16,000 nucleotides of DNA from Endozoicomonas sp. 4G. Its GTDB lineage: Bacteria > Pseudomonadota > Gammaproteobacteria > Pseudomonadales > Endozoicomonadaceae. Made by a program: the position numbers and the translations under genes. The notes under the pieces are model-generated. The model was given only the letters and a program-made list of their open reading frames with translations, was not told the DNA's origin and ran no database searches. Where the stretch lies: contig NZ_CP082909.1 in NCBI RefSeq assembly GCF_023822025.1, forward strand, positions 924,698-940,697. The letters run 5' to 3'. Positions 1 to 7,942 of this stretch are shown here, in pieces (position 1 is the first letter of the stretch; every line of letters starts with the position of its first letter).

Positions 1-727
1 GCTGCACTTTCTGATATTGCTCATCCGGGATTCTGGCAGGAGTGACATGGTTGCTGAGACCCGGTGTATAACGGTGAATATAGTCATACCAGGCGCCGTC
101 TGGTGTGGTGATTTCGGTAACGGGCAGAACCTGATAGTCATCCAGATGAAGTACGCCAGCGGTGATTTCCCGACCGCTGACAAACTCTTCAACCAGTAGT
201 TTTTCGTCCATTTGCAGGCCGGTTTTCAGCTTGTTCAACAGGTCTTCATAACCCATGGCAAACTGGACGCCAATCCCTGAACCCTGGCCTGGCGGCTTGA
301 TGATGACCTTATGCCCAAGGGATTCGATACAGTCGAGGGTGGCGTCTTCACAGTTGTCGCTGCGATAGACGATTCTGTCTTTGGCCATGGGGATGCCAGC
401 AGCCTGAAGCAGGCGTTTGGTCACCACCTTATCCAGAGAGCAGGCGCTGGCCAGGGCGCCAGAACCTACGTACGGGATGCTCATAATATCCAATAGTCCT
501 TGCAGGCGACCATCTTCACCATAAGGGCCGTGGGCGACCGGAAAAGCCACGTCAACCCGTTGGGCTATGAGTTGTTCCGGAAGTGTTGCGTCGAGTTCCA
601 GGTGAACCACTCTGCCATAATGTTGTTCCAGGCAGGGGGTGATACGGCTCGCCGAGAGTCTGGAAACATCGGCTTCGGGAGACAGGCCGCCGCAGATGAC
701 GGCAATGGTTTTGCTTTTGTCAGGCAT
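1..727 (-). CDS. ddl: D-alanine--D-alanine ligase, N-terminal ~242 codons. The C-terminus lies beyond position 1.
   Basis: The reverse strand from the ATG at 727-725 stays open to the window edge, so it is missing from the supplied track. My translation is MPDKSKTIAVICGGLSPEADVS...VAHGPYGEDGRLQGLLDIMSIPYVGSG...IIKPPGQGSGIGV...EEFVSGREITAGVL. It contains the HGxxGEDGxxQG motif and the ATP-grasp motifs typical of Ddl. Confidence 0.9.
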   Translation of the reverse strand, partial: MPDKSKTIAVICGGLSPEADVSRLSASRITPCLEQHYGRVVHLELDATLPEQLIAQRVDVAFPVAHGPYGEDGRLQGLLDIMSIPYVGSGALASACSLDKVVTKRLLQAAGIPMAKDRIVYRSDNCEDATLDCIESLGHKVIIKPPGQGSGIGVQFAMGYEDLLNKLKTGLQMDEKLLVEEFVSGREITAGVLHLDDYQVLPVTEITTPDGAWYDYIHRYTPGLSNHVTPARIPDEQYQKVQ

Positions 728-918
728 TCTTCAAATGACTTCAGTTTTGGTTGCGATCAGACAAGCCTAGTACATCAGCCCAATCTGACCAGTCGGAGCG
801 TATTCATAGTCAGGCGCAACAGATGGCATAATGCTGGTGTCATTTCAGGTCGGGCCTTATAATCCTTCACCAAATTTTTGATTGATTTTCCCCTGGTAAC
901 TTATTGTGGGTTTTTTTT

Positions 919-2010
919 ATGGGCTTTAAATGTGGCATCGTTGGTCTGCCCAACGTCGGTAAATCAACACTGTTCAACGCTTTAACCAAGGCTGGGATTG
1001 ATGCAGAAAACTTCCCTTTCTGTACTATCGAGCCAAATGCGGGGGTGGTGGCTATGCCTGACCCTCGTTTGAACAGGCTGGCAGAGATCGTTAAGCCTGA
1101 GCGTGTGCTACCCACTACCATGGAGTTTGTCGACATTGCCGGTCTGGTAGAAGGTGCCTCCAAGGGCGAAGGTCTGGGTAATAAATTCCTGGCCAACATT
1201 CGTGAGACCGATGCCATCGCACACGTGGTTCGTTGCTTTGAGAATGACAATGTTATCCATGTGGCCAACAAGATCGATCCGGCGGCAGATATTGACATTA
1301 TCAATATCGAGCTGGCCATGGCCGATCTGGAAAGCTGTGAGAAGCAGTTGCAGCGGGTGACACGAGTGGCTAAAAGCGGTGACAAGGACGCCAAGGCCCA
1401 GAAAGCCCTGCTGGAAAGAATTGTGCCTCATCTGGAAGAGGGGAATCCTGTTCGCTCTCTGGCCATGTCCGATGAGGAGCAGAAGCTGACCAAAACGTTC
1501 CACCTGCTGACCACCAAGCCCACCATGTACATCGCCAACGTTGATGAAGATGGCTTTGACGATAACCCTTATCTGGATGTTGTCCGCGGCATTGCAAAGA
1601 GCGAAGGCTCTGTTGTAGTGACGGTCTGCAACAAGCTGGAAGCCGAGATTGCTGAACTCGAAGATGAAGAGCGGGATGAGTTCCTGGCCGACCTGGGTAT
1701 GGAGGAACCGGGTCTGGACCGGGTGATCCGCGGTGGTTATGAGCTTTTGGGGCTACAGACCTACTTCACTGCCGGTGTTAAAGAAGTTCGTGCCTGGACG
1801 GTGAAAATCGGTGCCACGGCTCCCCAGGCTGCGGGTGTGATTCACACTGACTTTGAGCGTGGATTTATTCGTGCTGAAGTAACGGCTTATGATGAGTTTG
1901 TTCAGTACAACGGTGAACAGGGTGCCAAGGAGGCTGGTCGACTCAGAGTGGAAGGTAAAGATTACATCGTTAAAGATGGCGATGTTATGCATTTCCGGTT
2001 CAATGTCTGA
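919..2010 (+). CDS. ychF: Ribosome-binding / redox-regulated ATPase YchF (Obg-like GTPase family)
   Basis: The track ORF is 904..2010. The conserved N-terminus [23 protein letters not shown] begins at the ATG at 919, and the TTG at 904 only adds MWVFF. P-loop GLPNVGKS, the coiled-coil insert and the C-terminal TGS-like ...[13 protein letters not shown] are all present. Confidence 0.95.
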   Translation: MGFKCGIVGLPNVGKSTLFNALTKAGIDAENFPFCTIEPNAGVVAMPDPRLNRLAEIVKPERVLPTTMEFVDIAGLVEGASKGEGLGNKFLANIRETDAIAHVVRCFENDNVIHVANKIDPAADIDIINIELAMADLESCEKQLQRVTRVAKSGDKDAKAQKALLERIVPHLEEGNPVRSLAMSDEEQKLTKTFHLLTTKPTMYIANVDEDGFDDNPYLDVVRGIAKSEGSVVVTVCNKLEAEIAELEDEERDEFLADLGMEEPGLDRVIRGGYELLGLQTYFTAGVKEVRAWTVKIGATAPQAAGVIHTDFERGFIRAEVTAYDEFVQYNGEQGAKEAGRLRVEGKDYIVKDGDVMHFRFNV

Positions 2011-2077
2011 TTCATCTTCAAAAATACGAAGCAGGATAGGGATTTTCTGAAGGTTCTTAAAAAAGCCGCTGAAACAG

Positions 2078-2106
2078 TTGACAGGAAGCCGTGAAATCCT
2101 GAAAAT
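2078..2106 (+). promoter_or_regulatory. Candidate sigma70 promoter of the tRNA operon
   Basis: Perfect -35 TTGACA (2078-2083), a 17-nt spacer, and -10 GAAAAT (2101-2106). A GC-rich GCGCTCC discriminator follows, as in stringently controlled stable-RNA promoters. An A-rich tract (ttcttaaaaaagcc) lies upstream and is UP-element-like. The first tRNA starts at 2124. Confidence 0.5.
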
Positions 2107-2123
2107 GCGCTCCATCTTTCGGC

Positions 2124-2200
2124 GGCTAGGTAGCTCAGTTGGTTAGAGCACAGCACTCATAATGCTGGGGTCGGCAGTTCGAATCTGCCCCTAGCTACCA
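2124..2200 (+). tRNA. metT: tRNA-Met (CAU), elongator type
   Basis: 77 nt ending in an encoded CCA. Cloverleaf by eye: GGCTAGG/TA/GCTC-AGTTGGTTA-GAGC/A/CAGCA-CTCATAA-TGCTG/GGGTC/GGCAG-TTCGAAT-CTGCC/CCTAGCT-ACCA. It closely resembles E. coli elongator tRNA-Met rather than ileX or the initiator. The 1:72 pair is a G-T wobble. Confidence 0.9.
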
Positions 2201-2289
2201 TCCTTCAGCGGTTTGTAAATAAGCGACTGATGACGTAGAGTCGAAAGGGTTCACGGAATGTCCATACCCTATAAACATTTCGTATTTGC

Positions 2290-2364
2290 TGGGGTGTCGC
2301 CAAGCGGTAAGGCAGCAGGTTTTGATCCTGCCATGCGGGGGTTCGAATCCCTCCACCCCAGCCA
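2290..2364 (+). tRNA. glnU: tRNA-Gln (UUG)
   Basis: 75 nt: TGGGGTG...GCAGG-TTTTGAT-CCTGC...GGGGG-TTCGAAT-CCCTC-CACCCCA-GCCA. The anticodon loop places TTG at positions 34-36. Close to E. coli tRNA-Gln. Confidence 0.9.
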
Positions 2365-2372
2365 CTTAAAAT

Positions 2373-2449
2373 GGCTAGGTAGCTCAGTTGGTTAGAGCAC
2401 AGCACTCATAATGCTGGGGTCGGCAGTTCGAATCTGCCCCTAGCTACCA
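2373..2449 (+). tRNA. metT: tRNA-Met (CAU), second copy
   Basis: Base-for-base identical to 2124-2200. Confidence 0.9.
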
Positions 2450-2455
2450 TTTTAC

Positions 2456-2530
2456 TGGGGTGTCGCCAAGCGGTAAGGCAGCAGGTTTTGATCCTGCCAT
2501 GCGGGGGTTCGAATCCCTCCACCCCAGCCA
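2456..2530 (+). tRNA. glnU: tRNA-Gln (UUG), second copy
   Basis: Base-for-base identical to 2290-2364. Confidence 0.9.
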
Positions 2531-2541
2531 TCTTTCTAAAT

Positions 2542-2568
2542 CCCGACTAAAAACAGTTGGGGTTTTTT
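2542..2568 (+). terminator. Rho-independent terminator of the tRNA operon
   Basis: Stem CCCGACT / AGTTGGG (7 bp including one G-T wobble), loop AAAAAC, then G followed by TTTTTT. It lies 12 nt after the last tRNA. Confidence 0.7.
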
Positions 2569-2746
2569 CATTTCATTAAATAATGCCCAGCTTGTTTTAA
2601 TCGGCAGGTTTGTTATCTGTTGTTATTGCGGATAGTCAAGCGCCGAAAATATCACCATAATCCCCCCGTTCGTTTGGATTTGATCCAACTGGGCGTTAAA
2701 TGAGTTGGGGGCGGAAACCGGCCTACACAGAGCTTGCTCTGTAAAA

Positions 2747-2776
2747 CCACCACCAAATCTTTAGAATTGGTGGTGG
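2747..2776. other. Perfect 10-bp stem hairpin in the tRNA-yfcA intergenic region (possible terminator or sRNA 3' end)
   Basis: CCACCACCAA (2747-2756), a 10-nt loop, TTGGTGGTGG (2767-2776). On the + strand TAGTTTATT follows; on the - strand TTTTAC follows. A second hairpin, ACAGAG-CTTG-CTCTGT, sits at about 2728-2743. Confidence 0.35.
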
Positions 2777-2893
2777 TAGTTTATTAACAAGAATTCGTCA
2801 TCAAAGAAAAAACTGTTTAGGTTCTTTTCTGAAAGATGAGCACGAGTAACCCGTCGTCTAACGATTTGACATTCTATAAAGCTGAGGCCTGTT

Positions 2894-3673
2894 TTGGATT
2901 TTGCACTCACTCTTGATTGGGCGGTTTTACTGTTTCTTATTGCGGTTCTGGCCGGTTTTGTTGACTCTATTGCCGGAGGGGGTGGCTTGATTACCGTTCC
3001 TGCGCTTCTGGCGGTGGGGCTTTCTCCGGCGCAGGCGCTGGCCACTAACAAATTACAGTCCACGGGGGGGGCTTTTTCTGCCAGTGTCTATTTTGTTCGC
3101 CGGGGGCTGGTGAATCTCAGGGAAATGCGTTTCGCCATTTTCATGACCTTTGCTGGCAGTGCCGCAGGCACGATTCTGGTTCTGTTGATTGATGCTTCAG
3201 TGATGAGGCAGGTTATTCCTTTCCTGTTAGTGGGTATTGCCGCTTACTTTATTCTTTCCCCCAGCGCTCGAAATACCGAAGCGTCTACCGCCAAAATGAG
3301 CCTGACGGCTTTTGCCTGTACGGCAGGGGTGGGTGTCGGCTTTTATGATGGTTTCTTTGGGCCGGGTACCGGCTCTTTCTTTGCCATCGCTTTCGTTAGC
3401 CTTCTTGGTTATTCCCTGACCATGGCAACGGCTCATACCAAGGTTCTGAACTGCACCAGTAATGTGGCTTCCCTGCTGTTCTTTATCCTCGGTGGCCAGG
3501 TTGTCTGGGCGGTAGGGCTTGTCATGCTGGCAGGTCAGTTCATTGGTGCCAGGCTGGGATCAAGAATGGTGATGAAGCGTGGTCAGCAGATTATTCGTCC
3601 CATGATTGTCATTATTTCATTAGTGATGACCGGCAAACTCATGTGGGACGAATACGGGCACTGGCTTTTTTAA
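2894..3673 (+). CDS. yfcA: TauE/SafE-family (YfcA-like) inner-membrane anion-exporter protein
   Basis: 259 aa and multi-TM. AGFVDSIAGGGGLITVPALLAVGLSPAQALATNKLQS..., GFYDGFFGPGTGSF and GARLGSRMVMKRGQQIIRPMIV can be aligned along the whole length to E. coli YfcA as I remember it. The start is TTG, preceded by GAGG 6 nt upstream. Confidence 0.85.
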   Translation: MDFALTLDWAVLLFLIAVLAGFVDSIAGGGGLITVPALLAVGLSPAQALATNKLQSTGGAFSASVYFVRRGLVNLREMRFAIFMTFAGSAAGTILVLLIDASVMRQVIPFLLVGIAAYFILSPSARNTEASTAKMSLTAFACTAGVGVGFYDGFFGPGTGSFFAIAFVSLLGYSLTMATAHTKVLNCTSNVASLLFFILGGQVVWAVGLVMLAGQFIGARLGSRMVMKRGQQIIRPMIVIISLVMTGKLMWDEYGHWLF

Positions 3674-3793
3674 CAGTTTTTCTGCGCAAGTGGCGGTTTG
3701 GCGTTATGATAGATAGTCCGTAAAGTGTTGGGGTTCTCGTGGCCTCATCACTAATTTTGGCAAGAATAACCTCGCGCAAGTGCAAGTATTTGA

Positions 3794-5260
3794 ATGGATA
3801 GCAGTTGGCTCAGTGCATTGTTTGGGGGCGTTTATCTTGCCCTGATTATCGCCTTTGGCATTCACATCATTATGCAGCGCAGGCCGGTAGGGGTGACGCT
3901 GGCCTGGATACTGTTGCTGTTTATTCTGCCGGTGGCTGGATTCTTCTTTTATCTGCTGTTTGGCTCAAGGCGTCTGGGGCGAAGAAGGCTCCGCCGTCTG
4001 GAAAGCCTCTATCCCGACCACGAGCAGTGGTCTGGCCACCTTTCGAGAGTCATTGTTCGGCGACAGGGTGAGTGTTCCTCCAATACCCCTCATACCGGTG
4101 TCTACAAGCTGGCGGAGCAGACTTTGGACATTCCTGTGCTGCCCTGCAGTAAGCTTCAGCTGTTTCATGAAACCGATACGATTCTTCATGGCCTGTTACA
4201 GGATATAGAAAAAGCCAGACAGAGCATTGTGCTGGAATTTTATATCTGTCAGCCCAAGGGACGCATCAAGGTTCTGGCGGAAGCTTTGATCAGAGCCTCT
4301 CAGCGGGGGGTTGACTGCATGGTTATTCTGGATGCCGTGGGTAGCCGTCGTTTTCTCCGCAGTGAGTGGGCAAGACGTTTTCGCCGGGAAGGCATCAGTG
4401 TTACCAGCTCTATGCCGGTTGGTTTGCTGAGAATGCTGTTTGAGCGGGTTGATATTCGCAACCATCGCAAAATTCTGGTAATTGATGATGAGATTGCCTG
4501 GAGTGGCAGTTTTAACCTGGTTGATCCCGTCTACTTTCGCCAAAGGGCTAATGTCGGGCAATGGGTCGATGCCATGGTCAGGGTGGAGGGCATTCCGGCC
4601 CATGTTATGGGGGTGATTGCCCATTGGGATAAAGCACTTGAGACGGGTGAGAAACATTCGTCGTTTAATGCCACTTATGAGTTTCCACCTTCTTGTCTGG
4701 ATAGTTATACCGGTGCTGATGCTCACGTACTGCCATCAGGGCCGGGTATCAACCGGGAAAGGCTTCATCAGGTGTTGCTGACCGCCATTTACGAAAGCAA
4801 GGAAGAGCTGCTGATATCTACGCCTTATTTTGTTCCTGACGAATCATTGTTGGTTGCCCTCAAGTCCGCGGCCATGCGAGGGGTGGATGTTCAGTTGCTG
4901 CTTCCTCACAAAAACGATTCCAGAATGGTTCACCATGCCAGTCGTTCCTACTATGAAGACCTGTTAAAGGCCGGGGTGAAAATATTGCAGTTCAAGGGTG
5001 GGCTGCTGCATACCAAGTGTGTTCTGGTGGATCGGTCGACCATTCTGTTTGGCACGGTCAACCTGGATATGCGCAGTGTCTGGCTGAATTATGAAGTGAC
5101 TATGATCATCTATGACAGAGCCTTTAGCCAGACCATGGCGACGCTTCTCGATCAGTATATGCAAAGTTCCGAGCGTGTTCGTTTGTCGGTATGGAATCAG
5201 CGATCTGTCACCAAACGATTCCTTGAAAGCCTGTTTCAGTTGTTAAGTCCGTTGCTGTGA
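3794..5260 (+). CDS. clsA: Cardiolipin synthase (phospholipase-D superfamily)
   Basis: 488 aa with two N-terminal TM helices. Two HKD motifs are present: NHRKILVIDDEIAWSGSFN and LHTKCVLVDRSTILFGTVNLD. Confidence 0.9.
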   Translation: MDSSWLSALFGGVYLALIIAFGIHIIMQRRPVGVTLAWILLLFILPVAGFFFYLLFGSRRLGRRRLRRLESLYPDHEQWSGHLSRVIVRRQGECSSNTPHTGVYKLAEQTLDIPVLPCSKLQLFHETDTILHGLLQDIEKARQSIVLEFYICQPKGRIKVLAEALIRASQRGVDCMVILDAVGSRRFLRSEWARRFRREGISVTSSMPVGLLRMLFERVDIRNHRKILVIDDEIAWSGSFNLVDPVYFRQRANVGQWVDAMVRVEGIPAHVMGVIAHWDKALETGEKHSSFNATYEFPPSCLDSYTGADAHVLPSGPGINRERLHQVLLTAIYESKEELLISTPYFVPDESLLVALKSAAMRGVDVQLLLPHKNDSRMVHHASRSYYEDLLKAGVKILQFKGGLLHTKCVLVDRSTILFGTVNLDMRSVWLNYEVTMIIYDRAFSQTMATLLDQYMQSSERVRLSVWNQRSVTKRFLESLFQLLSPLL

Positions 5261-5265
5261 GTTGC

Positions 5266-5307
5266 GGTTAAGAGCCTCTGTTGTTTAACAAGCAGAAGCT
5301 CTTAACC
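5266..5307. terminator. Bidirectional terminator hairpin between the convergent cls and zrgD-like genes
   Basis: GGTTAAGAGC (5266-5275) pairs perfectly with GCTCTTAACC (5298-5307). The interior pairs further (TCTG/CAGA, TTGTT/AACAA). A third copy of AGCTCTTAAC follows at 5311-5320. Confidence 0.6.
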
Positions 5308-5334
5308 AAAAGCTCTTAACAAAAGTGCATTGTC

Positions 5335-5931
5335 TTATTTATAGAGTTCCAGAGAGTCAACGGTTATGGAGTACAGGGTTTCTGTGTACTCAGACTGGGT
5401 GGTCTCAACGTTCAGGGTGCCTACCAGCCAGTAAGGGGTATAGCCCGCTTCCTCAACCTTGATCCCCTTTTCTTTCTCCTTGAATTTCACATAAATGGTC
5501 TGGTTAGGTGGTGGCGGTGGTACGTGGATGCAGGCGCCCATGGTGGGCACCAGCAACAGTTCCGTTGCTCGCTGGTTTTTATCGAGATTGAGTGGTACCA
5601 GGTAGCCGGGGATTTTGACCTTGCGTTTATTCAGTCTTGCAACAGGCGTCTGGCCCAGCTTATCCAGGTAGGCGATGACCTCGTCTCTGCCCATGTCTCC
5701 GGCCTGGTAGCTGTTAATGACCTTCTGGTCCGGTGCCGGCATCAGCTCATCCCAGGTGATTTCTATGACTTCTGCCTGAGGGGTTGGTTTTTCTACCGGT
5801 TTGTCCTGAGTGGCTGGTTTTTCTACCGGTTTGTCCTGAGTAGCTGGTTTTTCTACCGTTTTGGCCTGAACGGTGACTACTGGCAACAAAGCCAGTAGCA
5901 TCGTCAGTATCAGGGGTTTTCCTGTTTTCAT
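5335..5931 (-). CDS. zrgD: Secreted DUF3299-family protein (ZrgD / PA4066-like)
   Basis: Track ORF 5335..5949 with a TTG start. I prefer the ATG at 5931, which gives MKTGKPLILTMLLALLPVVTVQA-KT, a clean signal peptide, with AAGGA upstream. The TTG at 5949 would overlap the permease stop by 4 nt. The call comes from the C-terminal domain (...GACIHVPPPPPNQ...YWLVGTL...) and from gene context, using my memory of the DUF3299 family. Confidence 0.7.
   Translation of the reverse strand: MKTGKPLILTMLLALLPVVTVQAKTVEKPATQDKPVEKPATQDKPVEKPTPQAEVIEITWDELMPAPDQKVINSYQAGDMGRDEVIAYLDKLGQTPVARLNKRKVKIPGYLVPLNLDKNQRATELLLVPTMGACIHVPPPPPNQTIYVKFKEKEKGIKVEEAGYTPYWLVGTLNVETTQSEYTETLYSITVDSLELYK
5773..5868. repeat. 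30-bp tandem repeat, about 3 copies, inside the zrgD-like gene
   Basis: GGTTTTTCTACCGGTTTGTCCTGAGT(G/A)GCT occurs at 5786-5815 and 5816-5845, with one mismatch between the copies. A degenerate third copy starts at 5846. The repeat encodes the linker (E)KPATQDKPV-EKPATQDKPV-EKPTPQ. Confidence 0.9.
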
Positions 5932-5945
5932 GAGGGATGTCCTTT

Positions 5946-7211
5946 TCAAACTCTTACGGTCAGACCGTCGGCGAGAGAGTTTTTATAGGCACGCCAGGCT
6001 GGGATCATGCCCAGAATAGTGGCGCAGATAATAATCATTCCAGCCAGTGACCACTCAAAGGTGCCCGGGGCACTGATGGCCAGGTGCAGCCCCAGTATTT
6101 GTTGAACAACGGGCTGAAGGGCCAGCAGCAGGCCATAGAGCATAAGGAAGCCCAACAGGGTTCCGGCAACGGCATAAACGACAGATTCAGTAATCATCAG
6201 CGTGAAGATATGAACAGGCCTTGCACCGACAGAGCGGAGAATCGCCATCTCTCGCCGCCTTTCGTTCAGGGAGGTGAGAATGGTGGTGAGCATCCCCATC
6301 AGACCCGCTAATACCACCATCACGGAAACCGCCAGTAATGCCTTTTCGGCGGTGCCCACCAGTTGCCAGAGTTCCTGAAGGGCCACACCGGGCAGAATAG
6401 CGGTCATGGCTTCCTGGCGGTATTCGTTTACTTTCCTCTGGTAACGGAAAGCGGCAATACGGGATTTCAGGCCGACAAAATAGGCGGTAACACTGGCAGG
6501 CTGAAGATCCATGGCCTCTGCTTCTTCAGCGGAAACTGAAAATGCGGCAATGGGCGGAGCGCCATTTACCCAGTCGATGTGCAGGGCTTCCATTCCCTCA
6601 AGGGAAATCATAATCACCCTGTCAGTGGGAGTACCTGTGGGTTTGAGAATACCTGAGACCGTGAAAGGTTTGTCATCGTGGGGTAGCAGGCTCTTACTTT
6701 CTACGCCGTGGCTCAGAATAATGTCGTCACCGACTTTATAGCCAAGCCTGGCAGCGACTTCAGATCCAAGTACAGCGTCGTACAAGGTATTAAAAGGTCG
6801 ACCTTTGGACAGTTGCAGCGACTCGTCATCACCGTATCGGAAATGATTGAACATGCCATGGGTGGTGCCCACTACCCGATAACCGTGGTGGGAGTCACCC
6901 AGGGAAATGGGTACAGACCAGGCGACGTTGGGGTCAGAAGTTAAATCCTGATAAGTTTCCCAGGTGATGTTGTTGGTGGCATTGCCAATATGGAAAACAG
7001 AATACAGCAGAAGATTCATAGAGCTGCTTCTGGCACCCACAATCAAATCGGTACCGGCAACGGTGTTGGTAAAGCTGTTTTTGGCTTCGACCCTGATACG
7101 CTCAACCCCCAAGAGCAGGGCGACGCTGACAGCAATGGAGAAGATTGTCAGCAGGGCTGTGGTTTTCCGGTTTTTAAGACTCTTTAAAGCCAGACTTAAA
7201 ATCGACATCAT
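5946..7211 (-). CDS. zrgC: ABC transporter permease, FtsX/MacB-type (4 TM with a large periplasmic domain), ZrgC / PA4065-like
   Basis: 421 aa. N-terminal TM (TALLTIFSIAVSVALLLGV), a periplasmic domain of about 230 aa, and a C-terminal three-TM FtsX domain (...ERRREMAILRSVGARPVHIF...). A strong AGGTGA Shine-Dalgarno sits between the ATPase stop and this ATG. Confidence 0.85.
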   Translation of the reverse strand: MMSILSLALKSLKNRKTTALLTIFSIAVSVALLLGVERIRVEAKNSFTNTVAGTDLIVGARSSSMNLLLYSVFHIGNATNNITWETYQDLTSDPNVAWSVPISLGDSHHGYRVVGTTHGMFNHFRYGDDESLQLSKGRPFNTLYDAVLGSEVAARLGYKVGDDIILSHGVESKSLLPHDDKPFTVSGILKPTGTPTDRVIMISLEGMEALHIDWVNGAPPIAAFSVSAEEAEAMDLQPASVTAYFVGLKSRIAAFRYQRKVNEYRQEAMTAILPGVALQELWQLVGTAEKALLAVSVMVVLAGLMGMLTTILTSLNERRREMAILRSVGARPVHIFTLMITESVVYAVAGTLLGFLMLYGLLLALQPVVQQILGLHLAISAPGTFEWSLAGMIIICATILGMIPAWRAYKNSLADGLTVRV

Positions 7212-7218
7212 TTCACCT

Positions 7219-7941
7219 TTATTGCTTTACTGGGGCAGCTTTGCTGGCCCGGTTGATTTCATTGAGTGCAATGGTGCGATCAAATAAAGGTTCAAGACTC
7301 CGGTCATGGCTGACGAACAACAGAGTGTCGCTGGCTGCTTCACATTCTGCGAACAGCAGTTTGATGAAAGCTTCCCGGGTGTCTGCGTCCAGGGCTGAAG
7401 TGGGCTCGTCGGCAATGATCAGGTCAGGTTTGCCAATTAACGCTCTGGCGGCTGCTACCCGCTGCTGCTGTCCAATACTCAGTTCTGTGACCGGGCGATG
7501 CAGTAAGGCGTCGTCCAGTTCCAGGTGCTTGAGAAGACGCCTTGCTTCATTCTGCTCACTGCTGGCAATACTGGTGAGATGGTTTTTGCGCTCTTTGGCA
7601 AAGCTCAGGGGCAGAGTGACGTTCTCTATCACAGAGAGATAGGGAATCAGGTTGAACATCTGAAAAATAAAGCCAATATGATCAGCACGGAAGCGATCAC
7701 GTTGTACCGGGGATATGCGACTAATGTCGTTCCCCAGTATTTTGACCTGTCCCCGCTCTGGTGTAATAACGCCGCCGAGCAGTCCCAATAGCGTGGTTTT
7801 GCCGGAGCCCGATGGGCCACAGACAAACACCTTTTCGCCTCTGGATATCGTTAATTCTGGAATGTCCAGAACGGGTATTCCAGGTTTCCAGCTGAACTCG
7901 ACCGCATTGAGTTCAATCAATTGAGAGCGGGAGTCAGTCAT
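7219..7941 (-). CDS. zrgB: ABC transporter ATP-binding protein (MacB/LolD-like), ZrgB / PA4064-like
   Basis: 240 aa. Walker A GPSGSGKTT, Q-loop, signature LSIGQQQRV, Walker B LIIADEPTSALD and H-loop SHD are all present. The ATG is 1 nt after the upstream gene's TAA (TAAGATG). Confidence 0.9.
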   Translation of the reverse strand: MTDSRSQLIELNAVEFSWKPGIPVLDIPELTISRGEKVFVCGPSGSGKTTLLGLLGGVITPERGQVKILGNDISRISPVQRDRFRADHIGFIFQMFNLIPYLSVIENVTLPLSFAKERKNHLTSIASSEQNEARRLLKHLELDDALLHRPVTELSIGQQQRVAAARALIGKPDLIIADEPTSALDADTREAFIKLLFAECEAASDTLLFVSHDRSLEPLFDRTIALNEINRASKAAPVKQ

Positions 7942-7942
7942 C

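Noticed and set aside
858-863. Perfect TATAAT hexamer upstream of ychF as its -10 element
   Set aside because: The sequence 17 bp upstream (TGGTGT) is a poor -35, and there is no extended -10 TG. It is plausible but not supportable as a feature from sequence alone.
867-1597. Minus-strand ORFs of 175, 131 and 75 aa, and a + strand ORF of 68 aa, overlapping ychF
   Set aside because: They lie entirely inside, or antisense to, a gene with an unmistakable YchF translation. Their products are low-complexity Ala/Ser/Arg/Leu-rich shadows with no motifs. The same reasoning applies to:
- 17-199, 311-496 and 500-862 (ddl antisense or intergenic)
- 2761-3063 and 3227-3436 (yfcA)
- 3805-4726 and 4964-5164 (cls)
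- 5524-5898 and 6084-7287 (zrgD/zrgC)
- 7227-7924 (zrgB)
- 8769-9314 and 9298-9522 (cytochromes)
- 10214-10696 (RR)
- 11547-12509 (kinase/rhodanese shadows)
- 12605-12826, 13636-14825 and 15217-15426
2201-2289. The 89-nt spacer between tRNA-Met and tRNA-Gln as a degraded tRNA-Leu
   Set aside because: It has only a 5-bp AGGGT/ACCCT stem and a GGTTCA-like word. There is no acceptor stem or anticodon arm. It is kept only as a low-interest note.
1962-2405. ORFs 1962-2156(-), 1753-2115(-) and 2205-2405(-), two of which begin MLCSNQLSYLA
   Set aside because: MLCSNQLSYLA is the reverse-strand reading of the tRNA-Met D-arm/anticodon region. These ORFs simply run through the tRNA genes and the ychF 3' end.
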